A stretch of DNA of 64,000 bases from Opitutia bacterium (lineage in GTDB: Bacteria > Verrucomicrobiota > Verrucomicrobiia > Opitutales > Opitutaceae): contig CANJVR010000006.1 in assembly GCA_947478395.1 (NCBI GenBank), positions 1-64,000 of the forward strand. Reading direction: 5' to 3'. A program made the position numbers and the translations under genes. Position 1 is the first letter of the stretch. Each line of letters begins with the position of its first letter. Shown here piece after piece: positions 61,162-64,000 of this stretch. The notes under the pieces are model-generated. The model did no database searches. It saw only the letters and a list, made by a program, of their open reading frames with translations, and had not been told where the DNA came from.

Positions 61162-62085
61162 ATGCACACCAACCGAATTTCTCCCGCGAGAAAAATCATC
61201 CTCTGGCTCGCCGCCGCGCTCTCCCTCGCCCTGTTCGCAGGCTGCGATAGCGTCGTATTGACGAACCTGACCTCGCCCTCGCTCCCGGAGAATCCGTCGC
61301 AGATCTACACGTTTACCCTGCGTGTGACGCCCAAAGCCTCGAGCGTGACGATCGCCAGTATCGCGCCGCACATCGTGATCGATGGCCAAAATTTCCCGAT
61401 GAAGAAAAGCGCGCTGGGGGAAAATCTATTCGAATTCGAATTCCAGCTGCCCTCCGCCCGCGACGAGGTCGCCTACTACTATCTCGTGAATTTCCAGTAC
61501 GACAACAATGGCGCGACCGCCTCGGGTGAAGCCTACACCGAAGTCGTCCACGCGAAGATCGTCCGTCGCTATGTGCTGTCGCTTGAGGTGAACCGCGGTC
61601 CCGTCGGCGCGCGCATCAGCGTGCTTGGCCGCGGCTTCACGCCCCAAGACACGATTTATTTCGAGAACCTGCCCACGCGCACGGTTTACGAGTCACCAAA
61701 TGCCCTCAGCTTTTTCGTACCCGCCCTCGAAGCTGGCAAAAATTATCGCGTGCAGCTCGGGAGCTCGGCGGGCAATTCGCCCGTCGGCACATTCCGCATC
61801 GACACGAGCACGCTCACCGCGAGCCCGGCCGCGCTGATGCTGCGCACGGGCGAACGCCAGACGGTGGTTTTCACGGTGCCCAACGCCGCGCCTCCCGGCG
61901 GATTGCTCCTCGACGCGACCACCGATGTTCCCGAGAGCGTGATCATGCCCGAGATCGTGGTGCCCGCGGGACAAATGTCGGCGAACATCACGGTCGAAGG
62001 CGGTAAAGCCGGCCGCGGCAATCTGTATTTCAAGGGCTACGGCGCCGGTGAAGTCTCTATTCCAGTAACGGTAACGGCGAAGTAA
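61162..62085 (+). CDS. Lipoprotein with IPT/TIG-like Ig domains
   Basis: Lipobox FAGC; GPVGARISVLGRGF IPT pattern. Confidence 0.8.
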   Translation: MHTNRISPARKIILWLAAALSLALFAGCDSVVLTNLTSPSLPENPSQIYTFTLRVTPKASSVTIASIAPHIVIDGQNFPMKKSALGENLFEFEFQLPSARDEVAYYYLVNFQYDNNGATASGEAYTEVVHAKIVRRYVLSLEVNRGPVGARISVLGRGFTPQDTIYFENLPTRTVYESPNALSFFVPALEAGKNYRVQLGSSAGNSPVGTFRIDTSTLTASPAALMLRTGERQTVVFTVPNAAPPGGLLLDATTDVPESVIMPEIVVPAGQMSANITVEGGKAGRGNLYFKGYGAGEVSIPVTVTAK

Positions 62086-62121
62086 CCGGGACGAGGTTCG
62101 ATCTGCAGCTTCGGCCATGGA

Positions 62122-62199
62122 TGGAGGCGGGGTGCCCCCACCCCGCTTGGACGCGAGATCGCCTGCGCCATTTTGCGGAGTAAGGGCGCCCCGCCCACC
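62122..62199. repeat. REP family B, degenerate copy
   Basis: GGAGGCGGGGTGCCCCCACCCCGC...GCGGAGTAAGGGCGCCCCGCCCACC. Confidence 0.8.
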
Positions 62200-62238
62200 G
62201 ATAATTTTCGATCTGTCACCGGACACGCCGGTCGGTAG

Positions 62239-63282
62239 CTAGGCGCGCGATTCGTGGACGTGATACGGCGGCGGAGCGGGCTTACGGGGCTTGCGCGTCG
62301 AGGCCGCGGCGCGCTTTTTCTTGTCGGCGGACCGCGTCAGTTTGGCGAGCTGCTTGATCTGCGCCTGAAAATCTACCGGCGGTGCCGCGCGCAGATCGAG
62401 GGTTTTGCCCGTGATCGGATGTACAATGACGATGTGCTCCGCATGCAACATCACCCGTGCCGGCTGCACGGGCAGGCGGCGGTCGGGCTTCCAGCCGTAC
62501 ACTTCGTCACCGAGGATGATATGACCGAGTGATTTCACATGGACGCGAATCTGGTGCGTGCGCCCCGTGTGAATGATGCAGCGAACCAGCGTGGCGATTT
62601 TGCCAAACTGTTTTTCCACCACCCAGTCAGTGTGCGCGTCGCGGGCGTGGCCGCCCTCGTCGTCGTCCTCTTCATTAAACACCATCATTTTGTGACGGTG
62701 CTTTTGGTTTCGACCGATCGACTTCGTGATGCTGCCGCTGAGTAATTCCGGTGCGCCCGAGACGAGCGCGAGATATTCTTTCTGCACCGTGCGATCGGAA
62801 AATTGCTCTGCGAGTCCGCGGTGCGCCCGGTCGTTCTTAGCGACGATGATGATGCCCGACGTTTCGCGATCGAGCCGGTGCACAATGCCCGGACGCTCGA
62901 CACCGCCAATCCCGCTTAGGCTGCCTTTGCAATGCGCCAGCAGCGCGTGCACCAGCGTGTCCTCACCCGTACCCGCGCCGGGATGCACCACCATGCCAGC
63001 GGCCTTGTTGATCGCGAGGAGGTGCTTGTCCTCGTAAATCACATCGAGCGGGATCGCGACCGCTTTCAACTCGGCGGCTTTTACATCGGGAAATGAAAAC
63101 GTGACCGTCATGCCGCCCACCACTTTGTAATCGCGCGCGATCGGCTTGCCCTCGAACAACACCAAGCCGTCGTCGAACGAGCGTTGAAACGCGACGCGGC
63201 TGTGCTCGGGAAACGCCAACGACAAGGCCTTGTCTGCGCGGGAGTGTCGCACATGGGGAGGAATGGTGAAAGTTTGCAGCAT
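62239..63282 (-). CDS. RluA-family pseudouridine synthase (RluD-like)
   Basis: NKAAGMVVHPG, RPGIVHRLDRETSG, TGRTHQIRVH. Confidence 0.93.
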   Translation of the reverse strand: MLQTFTIPPHVRHSRADKALSLAFPEHSRVAFQRSFDDGLVLFEGKPIARDYKVVGGMTVTFSFPDVKAAELKAVAIPLDVIYEDKHLLAINKAAGMVVHPGAGTGEDTLVHALLAHCKGSLSGIGGVERPGIVHRLDRETSGIIIVAKNDRAHRGLAEQFSDRTVQKEYLALVSGAPELLSGSITKSIGRNQKHRHKMMVFNEEDDDEGGHARDAHTDWVVEKQFGKIATLVRCIIHTGRTHQIRVHVKSLGHIILGDEVYGWKPDRRLPVQPARVMLHAEHIVIVHPITGKTLDLRAAPPVDFQAQIKQLAKLTRSADKKKRAAASTRKPRKPAPPPYHVHESRA

Positions 63283-63348
63283 GAAAAAAGAAACCGTCGG
63301 CCGGGCAGATTGCGGCGTGAGAACTGCGCCCGCCCGGAGAGGTCGGAC

Positions 63349-64000
63349 CTAAGCTGTGGCCAGACGGTCGATCTCGGCGAGCCACATCTGTCGGGCCGCC
63401 GCCGGAACATCCGCCACTTCCCAGCCATTGCGCGCGAGCCGGGCGAGTTCGCCGCGGGAGAATCCGCCTTCGGTCGCGAGCGCCAGATAGTCATCGTTCA
63501 CCGTGTTTCCAAACACGAGCGGGTCATCCGTGCTGATCGTGCAACGCACGCCCGCTTGCATCAAGCGACGCAACGGGTGGTCCGCGATCGAGGGCACAAC
63601 CTGAAGCTTGACGTTGCTAATCGGGCAGACGTCGAACGTCGTGCCGGTTTCAACCGCGAGTTCCACGACCGCGGGATCTTCGATGGCCCGAATGCCATGC
63701 TGCACGCGCCGCACGCCGAGTTGTTCGATCGCTTCGCGGACCCGGGCAGGGCCGTCGAATTCGCCCGCGTGGCATTTCGTAATTTTTCCGGCCGCCCGGA
63801 GACGCGCCCAGACCACCGCCGTCCAAGGCTCCGTCGGCACTGGCTCGAAACCGTGGAGATCGACGCCAGCGAGTTCGTCCCAATGGACGAGATCGTCGAT
63901 CACTGCTTGCATCGGACCCATGTAGTCGGTGCGGAGCATCCCGGCGAAAATTCGCACCTCCAAGCCCGGAGGCACCGCGGCGCGAATCGCCGCGATGATT
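63349..64000 (-). CDS. Adenosine deaminase family protein (5' part outside window)
   Basis: HAGE, QHG, CPISN, STDDP. Confidence 0.88.
   Translation of the reverse strand, partial: IIAAIRAAVPPGLEVRIFAGMLRTDYMGPMQAVIDDLVHWDELAGVDLHGFEPVPTEPWTAVVWARLRAAGKITKCHAGEFDGPARVREAIEQLGVRRVQHGIRAIEDPAVVELAVETGTTFDVCPISNVKLQVVPSIADHPLRRLMQAGVRCTISTDDPLVFGNTVNDDYLALATEGGFSRGELARLARNGWEVADVPAAARQMWLAEIDRLATA

Overview
GC-rich bacterial chromosomal segment, most consistent with Verrucomicrobiota (Opitutaceae-like); this is inferred from the Verru_Chthon-type pilin cassette and gene content. Layout: (1) 100-7911, a tightly coupled 7-gene minus-strand prepilin/pseudopilin operon. (2) 8-19.4 kb, housekeeping genes (acs, atypical rho, a conserved hypothetical, hisF, prfC, DD-carboxypeptidase, RlmM-like), with a four-helix-bundle gene enclosed in a 32-bp inverted repeat of tandem heptamers just before hisF. 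(3) 19.5-38.4 kb, an accessory catabolic block (SDR, exported hydrolases, ABC exporter, GH42, IorAB-type molybdoenzyme, SGNH, AKR, oligogalacturonate lyase-like, methyltransferase) containing a scar where the 3' ends of two divergent genes are fused. (4) 38.5-64 kb, mostly core genes (Ski2-like helicase, aguAB, hisG, orphan response regulator, carboxylesterase, a 32-aa basic peptide before rimO, mpl, TonB receptor, priA, HAD, TPR, atypical Fur, M23, hemW, RluA family, partial adenosine deaminase). Intergenic DNA holds at least five REP/MITE-like palindrome families and several short-tandem-repeat hairpins. I saw no rRNA, tRNA, CRISPR array, transposase or integrase. Products were assigned by eye from motifs; no database searches were run.
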